Of a stretch of 36,319 bases of DNA, positions 15,673-26,619 are shown piece after piece. Each line of letters opens with the position of its first letter. The stretch's first letter is position 1. The stretch lies in the sequence record SRR22947727_1922; one strand, given 5' to 3'. The translations under genes and the position numbers were made by a program. A model generated the notes under the pieces. The model was given only the letters and a program-made list of their open reading frames with translations, was not told where the DNA came from and did no database searches.

Positions 15673-16359
15673 CTATTTAGCCAGGTACAGGTGCTCTGCG
15701 ATGGACGCCTCGACGACAACCTCACCCTGGGGGTGCTCGGTGCTCAGGCGATACTTCTCCCCCACCTGACTGACGCTCACGCGGGCTCCGGGAATGACCC
15801 CAGCCGCTTTGAAGTTCGCCAACAACTGTGGATCGAACTGTGCTGGTTCGCCCAGACGACGCAGAAGACCCGACTGAGGTTCTGTCGTCGCGAAATCTGT
15901 CACCCGGATGACGCCCTTCAGAAACTTCTCGGACGCGGTCCCCCCGATGTCCTCCATGGCGGGGATGGGATTACCAAACGGAGATTCTGTGGGGTTACCC
16001 AACATCTCCACAAGACGACGCTCGACGTGCTCGCTCATCACGTGCTCCCACCGGCAGGCCTCCTCGTGGACGAGCGACCATTCGAGGCCAATCACATCGG
16101 CCAGGAGACGCTCCGCGAGACGGTGTTTGCGCGTCACCTCGAACGCTTTCTTGCGACCCTTCTTCGTCAGGGCGAGTTGACGGTCGGCTTCCACGACCAG
16201 CAGACCATCGCGTTCCATGCGCGCCACTGTTTGAGAAACAGTGGGTCCGGAGTGGCCCAAACGTTCAGAGATCCGCGCTCGATAGGGAGGAATTCCCTCT
16301 TCCTCCAAATCGACGATGGTGCGCAGATACATCTCCGTCGTATCGACGAGATCTGTCAT
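15673..16359 (-). CDS. ideR: DtxR/IdeR family iron-dependent regulator
   Basis: MTDLVDTTEMYLRTI, ARISERL..SGPTVSQTVARMERDG, RKHRLAERLL, HEEACRWEHVMS, SPFGNPIP. Confidence 0.93.
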   Translation of the reverse strand: MTDLVDTTEMYLRTIVDLEEEGIPPYRARISERLGHSGPTVSQTVARMERDGLLVVEADRQLALTKKGRKKAFEVTRKHRLAERLLADVIGLEWSLVHEEACRWEHVMSEHVERRLVEMLGNPTESPFGNPIPAMEDIGGTASEKFLKGVIRVTDFATTEPQSGLLRRLGEPAQFDPQLLANFKAAGVIPGARVSVSQVGEKYRLSTEHPQGEVVVEASIAEHLYLAK

Positions 16360-16379
16360 CAGGACACCCTTCACACGTA

Positions 16380-16398
16380 TTAGGTGAGGCTTAGCTTA
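16380..16398. promoter_or_regulatory. DtxR/IdeR iron box between ideR and serC
   Basis: TTAGGTGAGGCTTAGCTTA matches TWAGGTWAGSCTWACCTWA at 17 of 19 positions. Confidence 0.75.
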
Positions 16399-16447
16399 CT
16401 TTGTGACCCCATGAGGAGCACCCAGAGCCAGCACTTAGAATTACCTC

Positions 16448-17560
16448 ATGGCCGACATCACCATCCCCCAGGACCTTCTTCCCCAGGACGGACGTTTCGG
16501 AGCAGGGCCCTCGAGGGTGAGTTCACACCAACTCGATCACCTGATCAGAAACGCTTCCTTGCTTGGAACCTCTCATCGCCAAGCCCCCGTGAAAGAGCTG
16601 GTCGGGCGCGTTCAGGGAGCGCTGGGAGCCTATTTCAGGCTTCCCGAGGGCTATGAAGTGGTACTGGGTAATGGCGGCTCCACCGCGTTTTGGGATGTGG
16701 CGGCGGTCAGCTTGGCAAAGAACCGCAGCGCCCATCTGAGCTTTGGCGAGTTCGGTGCGAAGTGTGTGAAAGCTCACACCACTCCCTGGCTCGAAGCACC
16801 CCACGTTGTCACGAGTGAGCCGGGCACCAGAAGTGAGCTCACCGCTGTTCCCGGAGTGGACCTCTACGCGTGGCCCCACAACGAAACCTCCACCGGAGTC
16901 ATGGCTCCGGTGACTCGTGTTCCAGGCGCCGACCCGGGTGCTCTCATGATGGTCGATGCGACGAGTGCTGCCGGAGGTTTGGACTTCGATATCTCCGAGG
17001 TGGATGTCTACTATTTTGCGCCGCAAAAGAATTTCGCGAGCGATGGTGGCCTGTGGTTCGCCCTGATGTCCCCCGCTGCCATTGAACGCGCATTCGAGAT
17101 TGCAGCTACCGACCGCTACATCCCCGACTTCCTGAGTCTCACGCAAGCCATCGAGAACTCTCGACTGAACCAAACACTGAACACGCCCGCTCTCACCACG
17201 TTGCTCCTCATGGAATCTCAGCTGGAGTGGATGATGAGCCTCGGCGGATTGACGCCCGCAGCGGAGCACTGCGCCAAGGCTTCAGGTCTGCTCTATGACT
17301 GGGCGGAATCCCGGTCTGATGTCACCCCCTTTGTGAATGACCCCTCTCACCGTTCGCGCGTCGTCGTGACGCTCGACCTGGATGAGAGCATCGATGCCAC
17401 TGCCGTGACCTCGGCTCTGCGCGCGAATGGCATCGTGGACACCGAGCCCTATCGAAAGCTCGGGCGCAACCAGATTCGGGTGGCGACCTTTGTGGGAGTC
17501 CCTCTCGGCGATGTCGAGAAGCTCATCGCAAGCCTCGACTACGTGCTCGAAAACCTCTAA
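16448..17560 (+). CDS. serC: Phosphoserine aminotransferase (actinobacterial type)
   Basis: DGRFGAGPS, GTSHRQ, HNETSTGV, VDATS, YYFAPQKNFASDGG, QTLNTP, DTEPYRKLGRNQ. Confidence 0.96.
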   Translation: MADITIPQDLLPQDGRFGAGPSRVSSHQLDHLIRNASLLGTSHRQAPVKELVGRVQGALGAYFRLPEGYEVVLGNGGSTAFWDVAAVSLAKNRSAHLSFGEFGAKCVKAHTTPWLEAPHVVTSEPGTRSELTAVPGVDLYAWPHNETSTGVMAPVTRVPGADPGALMMVDATSAAGGLDFDISEVDVYYFAPQKNFASDGGLWFALMSPAAIERAFEIAATDRYIPDFLSLTQAIENSRLNQTLNTPALTTLLLMESQLEWMMSLGGLTPAAEHCAKASGLLYDWAESRSDVTPFVNDPSHRSRVVVTLDLDESIDATAVTSALRANGIVDTEPYRKLGRNQIRVATFVGVPLGDVEKLIASLDYVLENL

Positions 17561-18063
17561 GGGTCAAGCGGGTCGGGCTCGTCGAGCTCCACGTGATCAA
17601 AGAGATCATCGGGCTCTTCGGGAACCTCCAAAGGAGTCGGATCCAGGTCGAGATCTAGCTGGTCAATATCAACCCCGTCAACATCGTCATCGAGGTCGAG
17701 AGCGTCATCGTCATCCTCGTCGTCATCCGCTTCGGCCTGGTCCTTGAGCTCTTTCTCATGAAGCAGGTACTCCTCGAGGCGATCAGCCCACGGAACCCAG
17801 TCGGGAGCCACCAGCGAGCTTTCACCCGGAAGCAAGCCCACTTCCAACACGGAAGGGTCAACACCAGAGACGTTGGACACACTGACCGTCCATGCCCACC
17901 CGGGATAGCCAGGCTGGGCAGAGGGGTACGCCACGGTCACGGACTCGCCCTCGTGGGTCACCGCAGGGGTGTCCACAAAAGTGTCGGCTCCCGTCACCTC
18001 GAGTAGTGCCACTCGAGCCAGGGCGACAAAGGTGTCCTCGGATGCTGAGGTCTTCTTAGGCAT
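17557..18063 (-). CDS. DUF3027 domain protein with acidic tail
   Basis: PGYPGWAWTV, LLPGESSLVAPDWVPWADRL. Confidence 0.88.
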   Translation of the reverse strand: MPKKTSASEDTFVALARVALLEVTGADTFVDTPAVTHEGESVTVAYPSAQPGYPGWAWTVSVSNVSGVDPSVLEVGLLPGESSLVAPDWVPWADRLEEYLLHEKELKDQAEADDDEDDDDALDLDDDVDGVDIDQLDLDLDPTPLEVPEEPDDLFDHVELDEPDPLDP

Positions 18064-18430
18064 CAAATTCTTCGGCTACTTTGCGCAAGAGCGCAGCAAT
18101 CTTCTTGGAATGGTCGTCATCGGGGTATCGCCCACGACGAAGATCTCCACTGGTGCGATCGAGCAACTTGAGGAGATCCTCCACGATGATCGCCATGTCC
18201 TCAGCGCCTTTGCGTCCAAAACGTCCGGCGGGGGCATCCAAGATTCGAACGCTCAGCGCTTGAGCGCCTCGTTTGCCTTCGGCAACACCGAACTCAACTC
18301 GAGCCCCTGCTTTGACGACATCGCCGGGGGAGAGTGCAGAGGCGTGCAGGAACACTTCCTCACCGTCATCGGTGTGGATGAAACCAAAGCCTTTGTCTTG
18401 GTCATAAAACTTGACCTTGCCGGTGGGCAT
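18056..18430 (-). CDS. Cold-shock domain protein (CspB-like, with C-terminal extension)
   Basis: MPTGKVKFYDQDKGFGFI, VFLHASAL. Confidence 0.93.
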   Translation of the reverse strand: MPTGKVKFYDQDKGFGFIHTDDGEEVFLHASALSPGDVVKAGARVEFGVAEGKRGAQALSVRILDAPAGRFGRKGAEDMAIIVEDLLKLLDRTSGDLRRGRYPDDDHSKKIAALLRKVAEEFDA

Positions 18431-18511
18431 GTTGACGCCTTTCTGTCAGTCACCACGCGAAATCTCGCTCCTCGCAGGATACCGTCTCTTCCGCCGGGAT
18501 ATCCTGGGGTA

Positions 18512-18787
18512 GTGACATCCGCCGAAAGCATCGAACCCACCGCCACTGAGCGCATCCTCGCCGCCATGATCGTGGGGGTGGTCGCACTCTCGGTCCTTGC
18601 CTTCTTCTCCATCATTGTGGGGACCTGGCAGGGTATGGACTCTGACGCCTTTTCCGCGGGACTCTGGCCAGCTATCACGATGACTCCCCTCTTCGGGCTC
18701 CCGATCGGATTTGTCCTAATCATCGCGTTGCTAATCATCTCCACGAGGCGTCGCCGCGCGTTAGGGACTGATGACGCTTCCGAGTGA
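18512..18787 (+). CDS. Small two-TM membrane protein
   Basis: Two hydrophobic helices followed by RRRR; TATCCT 6 nt before GTG; overlaps the next gene. Confidence 0.75.
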   Translation: MTSAESIEPTATERILAAMIVGVVALSVLAFFSIIVGTWQGMDSDAFSAGLWPAITMTPLFGLPIGFVLIIALLIISTRRRRALGTDDASE

Positions 18788-20525
18788 CACCACGCTCGCA
18801 CTCATCAGTTGGCTTGCCTCGAGAAACACCGAACAGCTCCAGAACCTGATTCGGCGTCGTGGCATCCCGCACTCATCGTGCACGAGTTATCGATCTCTCG
18901 CTCAGGCTTTACAAGACGCCGAGAACATCCGTGCGTCGGTGCAACACCTTCCTCGGGCCGAACTTCTAGCCCTCAACGACCCTGATAGCGCAACCGCTGC
19001 CTCAAGGGACGCTCTGGAAGAGCGTGGCTTGATCTCCTTGACATCCGAAGGAACCTCGCTCCTCATTCCTTCGTCGAGCCTTGACCCTCTGGGCAAGCTG
19101 GATTCGGCCACGAAGGAACCCTCGCTCCCTGCAACGCCAGCTTTGGCCGAGTCCGACATCTCAGCCGCGGCAAGTCACGCACTCACGTTGGTGGTGACCG
19201 TGTCAGACCTTTTGGACGCTATTGCAGATGCACGCTTCCCCCTGAACCAGGACGGAGAGCTCACGGCAACGTCACTGAAGAATCTCCAGAGTGAGTTGGG
19301 GATCGGGTATGACATCCCCCTGCTGTGGCGATGCGCCACGCAAGCAGGGCTGCTTGGCCCTTACAACTCCGCAGCAGCGCTCACTCAGAGCGCTGTCGAC
19401 TGGCGTGATCTACCCGATGAGGAGCGACTGGCCCTTCTCGCGAAGTCGTGGTGGTCAACAGTCCCAGCCTGGCTCTCCCAGACAATCTCCGGGCACCCCA
19501 CCATGACCTGGGACTCCACTCTGCTCTCCCACCTGAGCTATCACTACCCCTTAGTGGACGCCGAGCCCGTTGTCACGGAAGTCCTTTCTGATGCCCAGAT
19601 GGTGGGGGTTCTGCACGGCTCACTCCCGACACCCTGGGGACTAGCGCTCTGGAGCTCGGGGGATGTGGCCACGGCGTTTCGCTCATCAATCCCGCCCTAC
19701 GCGCCGGGAGTCTTCGCCCACGATGACTACACGCTCCTGGCCAGTGGCCCCCTCCAACCACACCATCGCCGAGTACTCGCCAGTATCACGGCTCGGGAGC
19801 TCGGGGGATTGGTCCCCCGCTATCGGATGACGGCAGCCTCGGTGCTGAATGCTTTGCAAGATGGCGTGCGCCCGGAGAGCATTCCCACCGTGCTTGCCGA
19901 AGTGTGTGTGAACGAGGTGCCGGCGAGCATGATTGCTCTGGCAGAGGATGTCACTCGACGGGCACTCGATCTCGAGGTACACCCCCAGGGTGACTCCACC
20001 ACTCTCACAACCCGGCGGGATGCGCTATCTGACGAACTACTCTCCGATCCAGGCCTCATTGTTCTCGGCCTGAAGCGATCAGGAGACCGTGAGTTGAGGT
20101 GCTCATGGCCTGCCGAGCGAGTTCACTCAACCCTGCTCGCAGCCTCCTATCCCAGCCTCCTCGTGGACTCGTCAGGAGCGCCCCTGGCGTCCAACCCGCC
20201 GCTGGTGGAGTCCCGCGGTGTGGAGAGCGAGGAGCGCCACCACACCGCCCTAGCGGAGCTCGTGGCAAGCGCCCACGAATCAGCAGCCAAGGGAGTACCC
20301 GCGGGCTTCACGAGCATTATCGAGGTCGCCACCGAGACGAAGACTCCGCTCGAGATTGTGGTGACGATGCCTGATGGCTCCTCGGTCACCGTCGTCATGG
20401 AACCGAGAGCACTGAGTGCTGGTCGACTGCGTGGGGTCGAACTCAAGCATGCGGTGGAGAAGACGTTCCCGGTGTCTCACATCACCAGCGTTCGGGCATG
20501 GTCCCAGGACGACGGGGAGGACTAA
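18771..20525 (+). CDS. XPB-associated helicase C-terminal (Helicase_C_3) domain protein, Rv0862c-like
   Basis: DDYTLLASGP...YRMTAASV..AL..G motif; WYL-like C-terminus (...FPVSHITSV); directly upstream of XPB. Confidence 0.8.
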   Translation: MTLPSDTTLALISWLASRNTEQLQNLIRRRGIPHSSCTSYRSLAQALQDAENIRASVQHLPRAELLALNDPDSATAASRDALEERGLISLTSEGTSLLIPSSSLDPLGKLDSATKEPSLPATPALAESDISAAASHALTLVVTVSDLLDAIADARFPLNQDGELTATSLKNLQSELGIGYDIPLLWRCATQAGLLGPYNSAAALTQSAVDWRDLPDEERLALLAKSWWSTVPAWLSQTISGHPTMTWDSTLLSHLSYHYPLVDAEPVVTEVLSDAQMVGVLHGSLPTPWGLALWSSGDVATAFRSSIPPYAPGVFAHDDYTLLASGPLQPHHRRVLASITARELGGLVPRYRMTAASVLNALQDGVRPESIPTVLAEVCVNEVPASMIALAEDVTRRALDLEVHPQGDSTTLTTRRDALSDELLSDPGLIVLGLKRSGDRELRCSWPAERVHSTLLAASYPSLLVDSSGAPLASNPPLVESRGVESEERHHTALAELVASAHESAAKGVPAGFTSIIEVATETKTPLEIVVTMPDGSSVTVVMEPRALSAGRLRGVELKHAVEKTFPVSHITSVRAWSQDDGED

Positions 20526-20550
20526 GCCAGGCACCGTAGACTGGCTGGTT

Positions 20551-22236
20551 GTGAATCCCGACGGCCCCCTCATCGTTCAAAGCGACAGGACTGTTCTTCT
20601 CGAGGTTCACCACGCTCTCGCTGACTCAGCTCGTCACGCTCTTGCCGTGTTCGCCGAGCTCGAGCGTGCACCGGAGCACATGCACACGTACCGGATCACT
20701 CGGCTAGGCCTCTGGAACGCTCGCGCGGCGGGCCACACCTCTGAGGAGATTCTCGGAACGCTCGAGGAGTATTCCAAGTTCCCCCTGCCCCAGGGCATCG
20801 CCGAAGAGATCACCGACACCATCGGCCGCTACGGACAGATTGAGATCACGCGCGACGGCGATGACCTCTTCATCTCCTGTCACACCCCGGCGATTGAAGC
20901 GGAAATTACGCGAACGCAGAAAATCAAGGACCTCCTTGGCGAGCGCGATGACCAGGGTCGCTATCCGCTAGCGCCCTGGTCGAGAGGCCTCATCAAACAG
21001 GAGCTTCTGAAGAAGGGCTGGCCGGCGGCAGATCATGCTGGCTTCGCCGCGGGTGAACCTCACGATATTTCTCTCAGCGATGGCGACTGGTCACTTCGGG
21101 ACTACCAAAAAGAGGCGATTCATCGTTTCGCACAGAGTGGCTCTGGAGTTGTGGTGTTGCCCTGTGGCGCGGGGAAGACCATCGTCGGAGCCGGTGTCAT
21201 GGCGGAGCTAGACACCACGACCCTGATCTTGGTGACGAACACGGTGTCGGCACGTCAGTGGCGCGCGGAGCTGTTAGCCAAGACATCCCTGACCGAGGAT
21301 GACATCGGTGAGTACTCCGGGAGCGTCAAAGAGATCAAGCCGGTCACGATCGCCAGCTACAGCATCATGGCTGCCAAGCGCAAAGGCGAGTTCGCTCACC
21401 TGGGTGTGCTGGATGCCAAGAACTGGGGCCTCGTTGTCTATGACGAGGTGCACCTCCTTCCAGCTCCTGTCTTCCAGCTCACCGCCCAGTTACAAGCCCG
21501 CAGGCGCCTCGGCCTCACGGCCACCCTGGTGCGAGAAGACGGTCGCGAAGGCGACGTCTTTAGCCTGATTGGCCCCAAGCGCTTTGATGTTCCCTGGAAG
21601 CAGCTCGAATCCGAGGGCTACATAGCTCCCGCAACCTGTGTGGAGATCAGACTGGAGCTCCCGCAGAGTGAACGACTGGAATATGCGGCGAGCACCGACA
21701 AGGAGCGCTTCCGCTTGGCCTCGACGTCTCCCTCCAAGAGCGCCATCGTGACCGAGTTGTTGGCCCTGCACCCCGATGACCCCACCTTGATCATCGGCAC
21801 CTACCTCGAACAGATTGAAGCCCTCTCCGAGGGTCTCGGAATTCCCATGATTACCGGTGATACTCCGGTTCCCCAGCGTGAGGAGCTGTACCAGGCGTTT
21901 CGCCAGGGAGACATCATGCGTCTGGTGGTCTCGAAGGTGGCGAACTTCTCCATCGACCTTCCCGAAGCATCCGTGGCTATCCAGGTTTCGGGTTCCTTTG
22001 GCTCCCGCCAAGAGGAAGCACAGCGATTGGGGCGCATCCTCCGGCCCAAGGCCAGCGGTCGCCCTGCGGTGTTCTATACCTTGGTCGCCAGAGACACCGT
22101 TGATCAGGATTTCGCCTTGAATCGTCAACGATTCCTGGCCGAGCAGGGCTATGGGTACACGATCATGGACGCCGCAGAGGTGACACAGAAAGTGCCAAAG
22201 ATTCTGTCAGACAACATTCAGCAGTCTCCCAGATAA
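20551..22236 (+). CDS. ercc3: DNA repair helicase XPB (SF2)
   Basis: GPLIVQSDRTVLLEV, LRDYQ, LPCGAGKT, DEVH, LGLTAT..REDG, QRLGRILR. Confidence 0.95.
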   Translation: MNPDGPLIVQSDRTVLLEVHHALADSARHALAVFAELERAPEHMHTYRITRLGLWNARAAGHTSEEILGTLEEYSKFPLPQGIAEEITDTIGRYGQIEITRDGDDLFISCHTPAIEAEITRTQKIKDLLGERDDQGRYPLAPWSRGLIKQELLKKGWPAADHAGFAAGEPHDISLSDGDWSLRDYQKEAIHRFAQSGSGVVVLPCGAGKTIVGAGVMAELDTTTLILVTNTVSARQWRAELLAKTSLTEDDIGEYSGSVKEIKPVTIASYSIMAAKRKGEFAHLGVLDAKNWGLVVYDEVHLLPAPVFQLTAQLQARRRLGLTATLVREDGREGDVFSLIGPKRFDVPWKQLESEGYIAPATCVEIRLELPQSERLEYAASTDKERFRLASTSPSKSAIVTELLALHPDDPTLIIGTYLEQIEALSEGLGIPMITGDTPVPQREELYQAFRQGDIMRLVVSKVANFSIDLPEASVAIQVSGSFGSRQEEAQRLGRILRPKASGRPAVFYTLVARDTVDQDFALNRQRFLAEQGYGYTIMDAAEVTQKVPKILSDNIQQSPR

Positions 22237-22243
22237 TAAAGAC

Positions 22244-22936
22244 ATGGCTGATGGACCGAAAATTCTTGTTGTCGATGACGAACCCAACATTAGGGACTTG
22301 CTCACGACCAGCCTGCGCTTCGCAGGCTTCATGGTGCGCGCGGTAGGCACCGGCGCCCAAACCATCTCTGCGGTGCTCGAGGAAGAGCCCGACCTCATTG
22401 TGCTGGACGTCATGTTGCCCGACATCAACGGTTTCGGTGTAACCAAGCGCCTGCGCGCCAGCGGCTACACCTGCCCCATACTCTTCCTCACCGCCAAAGA
22501 CTCGACCGAGGACAAAATCACCGGCCTCACCGTCGGTGGCGATGACTACGTCACCAAGCCCTTCAGCTTGGATGAGATCGTGGCCCGCATCAAAGCCATC
22601 CTTCGTCGCACGCTGAACGAAGAGGATGACGCTCTCATTCGTGTGGGAGACCTCAGCATGGACCAAGACACGCACGAAGTGTTCTTGGGCTCTATCCCGA
22701 TTGATCTCTCCCCGACCGAATTCAAACTCCTGCGCTATTTGATGCTGAATCCCAACCGCGTGCTGTCTAAGGCCCAGATTCTCGATCACGTCTGGGAGTA
22801 CGACTTCAATGGGGACGCCGGTATCGTCGAAAGCTATGTCTCCTACCTTCGTCGGAAGCTCGACCCTCACACTCAGGAGCCACTGATCCAAACCAAGCGT
22901 GGGTTTGGATACATGCTGAAGTCCGACAAGGCCTAA
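22244..22936 (+). CDS. OmpR/PhoB family response regulator
   Basis: VVDDE, LDVMLP, FLTA, DDYVTKPF, winged-helix YLRRK...RGFGY. Confidence 0.96.
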   Translation: MADGPKILVVDDEPNIRDLLTTSLRFAGFMVRAVGTGAQTISAVLEEEPDLIVLDVMLPDINGFGVTKRLRASGYTCPILFLTAKDSTEDKITGLTVGGDDYVTKPFSLDEIVARIKAILRRTLNEEDDALIRVGDLSMDQDTHEVFLGSIPIDLSPTEFKLLRYLMLNPNRVLSKAQILDHVWEYDFNGDAGIVESYVSYLRRKLDPHTQEPLIQTKRGFGYMLKSDKA

Positions 22937-22946
22937 GCCCCTGGAC

Positions 22947-24440
22947 ATGCTCTCTGGCATGCGGCAGTGGTGGGAATCCACGTCACTGCGAACGAAAATC
23001 ACCGGGCTTACCGTCATTGTCATCACCCTGGGTCTTTTTGGCATCGGTGTAGGGACGATGACGACGGTCCAGCAATACCTTCTGGATGAAGTGGACCGCA
23101 AGATCGACGAAGTCGCGGCTGGCCTCTCCCCCAGTCTCACCACGTCAGACTTTGCCTCCTTCGACACCACCGGCCAGACCGGATCGAGGAGCTCCTACTT
23201 CCTCGCCGCCATCTCTGATGATGGCGAGGTGCTGGCGAGCAACCTTGAGCCCGAAAACTCGGAGTATCAACCCGACGTGAGTGGCATCACGCAGAGCTTC
23301 ATTCTCAACAATTCCTCTAACTTCACGGTGCAAAGCCTTGACGGCAACACCGAGTGGCGACTCCACGCCTACAGCCTGCGCATCATCCAAGAGGCCAACA
23401 TGACGCAGGAGGATGCCACCCTCATCATCGGGGTGGACCTGGAAGAGTCCAAACAAACTGTCGGCCGCTTCGCCACAATTTTCTTGCTCTTCGGCCTCGC
23501 CGCAGTTCTCTTTAGCGCCATCCTCACGCGCTTCCTCGTCACCACCACGTTCCGACCACTGCGCGAAGTGGAAATGACAGCTGCCCGCTTCGCCGGAGGA
23601 GACTTCTCCCAACGACTCGGCGGCGCCACACCCAATACTGAGGTGGGACGCCTCACCCGATCTCTCAACACCATGCTCTCGCGCATTGATCGCGCCTTCG
23701 CGGATCGCGCCGACACCATCGAGCAGATGAGGCGCTTTATCGGGGACGCAAGCCACGAGCTTCGCACACCGCTGGTCTCTGTCCGGGGCTATGCGGAGCT
23801 GTATCGAATGGGTGCTCTCACCAAGAAAGCAGACGTCGCTCAAGCCATGGAGCGCATCGAAAAAGAAGCTGAGCGGATGACCACACTGGTCACAGACCTT
23901 CTTGAGCTGGCGCGATTGGATGAAGCCAAACCTTTGGAGCTCGGGCCGGTGAACCTGGTGGGTCTTGCTCACGACCAAGCGATGGATGCCCAAGCCAGTG
24001 CTCCCGGTCGCACCGTCACCCTGTGGCATGAGGGGGAACTCGTGCATGACCCCACGGCGATACCGCCCATCATCCTGAGTGCTGAGGAAAACAAGATTCG
24101 CCAGGTTCTCGCAAACCTTCTCCAAAATGCTCTGCGATTCAGCCCCGAAGACACCCCGATTGAAGTGATCGTGCAGCGCGAGACCAACCCAGCCCGAGGG
24201 TTAGTCAGTGTGGTCGACCACGGTGAAGGAATACCCCTCCAACTACGGGACAAGATCTTCCAACGGTTGTTCCGTGCAGACACTTCCCGCGCCCGGGAGA
24301 CGGGTGGCTCAGGTCTTGGTCTCGCCATCGTGGACACCATCGTGAGGCGCCACAAGGGAACAATCCGGGTGGAGGAGACCCCCGGGGGTGGCGCCACGTT
24401 CCGGCTGTCCCTCCCGCTTGTCCCCAAGCAATCCTCTTAG
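22947..24440 (+). CDS. HAMP-domain sensor histidine kinase
   Basis: Two TMs, HAMP, DASHELRTPL H-box, NLLQNA, DHGEGI, GSGLGL. Confidence 0.96.
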   Translation: MLSGMRQWWESTSLRTKITGLTVIVITLGLFGIGVGTMTTVQQYLLDEVDRKIDEVAAGLSPSLTTSDFASFDTTGQTGSRSSYFLAAISDDGEVLASNLEPENSEYQPDVSGITQSFILNNSSNFTVQSLDGNTEWRLHAYSLRIIQEANMTQEDATLIIGVDLEESKQTVGRFATIFLLFGLAAVLFSAILTRFLVTTTFRPLREVEMTAARFAGGDFSQRLGGATPNTEVGRLTRSLNTMLSRIDRAFADRADTIEQMRRFIGDASHELRTPLVSVRGYAELYRMGALTKKADVAQAMERIEKEAERMTTLVTDLLELARLDEAKPLELGPVNLVGLAHDQAMDAQASAPGRTVTLWHEGELVHDPTAIPPIILSAEENKIRQVLANLLQNALRFSPEDTPIEVIVQRETNPARGLVSVVDHGEGIPLQLRDKIFQRLFRADTSRARETGGSGLGLAIVDTIVRRHKGTIRVEETPGGGATFRLSLPLVPKQSS

Positions 24441-24523
24441 CTCCCCTCCCACAGATTCGACAATTGCTCGGTGGTGGTGACTGGTCTCTGACTAACGTCA
24501 GCCGGACAGACAAAGGAGACCCC

Positions 24524-24814
24524 ATGACTCGTTATTCCGTTGATGCCGACGCTGTTCTGACTGCCGCGCAACATGCGCGGGCCACCATCGACAGGATTCA
24601 CAGTGACGTCCAGACGCTCAACACCCAACTCAACGCTCTGAGTGGGAGCTGGAGCGGACCAGCAGCCAGCGCGTTCGTCGGAGTTCACGAATCGTGGCGC
24701 AGCACACAAAGCGCTGTGGAGGCCTCTCTCCACGCCCTGACTCAGGCGCTGTCCCAGGCGGGTGCTCATTACCGAGACATGGAGATGGCCAACCAACGCC
24801 TCTTTCAGCGTTAA
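24524..24814 (+). CDS. WXG100 (ESAT-6-like) protein
   Basis: 96 aa, central WSG motif, C-terminal Y...E; SD AAAGGAGA. Confidence 0.9.
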   Translation: MTRYSVDADAVLTAAQHARATIDRIHSDVQTLNTQLNALSGSWSGPAASAFVGVHESWRSTQSAVEASLHALTQALSQAGAHYRDMEMANQRLFQR

Positions 24815-24817
24815 CGG

Positions 24818-24851
24818 CTGTGGGGCGCCTCCCGAAGGAGACGCCCCACAG
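24818..24851. terminator. Hairpin terminator between convergent WXG100 and groEL
   Basis: CTGTGGGGCGCCTCC-CGAA-GGAGACGCCCCACAG. Confidence 0.8.
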
Positions 24852-24867
24852 TAGAACTGGTTTGGAC

Positions 24868-26520
<1,653 letters not shown>

Positions 26521-26537
26521 CTAGTGTGCTGTAGCTA

Positions 26538-26564
26538 TTGGCACTCGCGTATTACGAGTGCTAG
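26538..26564. promoter_or_regulatory. CIRCE element 1 (HrcA operator)
   Basis: TTGGCACTC-N9-GAGTGCTAG. Confidence 0.93.
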
Positions 26565-26570
26565 TTGATT

Positions 26571-26597
26571 TTGGCACTCTCGGGCTGAGAGTGCAAG
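26571..26597. promoter_or_regulatory. CIRCE element 2 (HrcA operator)
   Basis: TTGGCACTC-N9-GAGTGCAAG. Confidence 0.9.
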
Positions 26598-26619
26598 TGC
26601 ACACCGGGAGCGTGTAGAA

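Noticed and set aside
17969-18511. N-terminal part of the 272-aa ORF
   Set aside because: Antisense to the csp and DUF3027 genes; only the portion from 18512 looks coding
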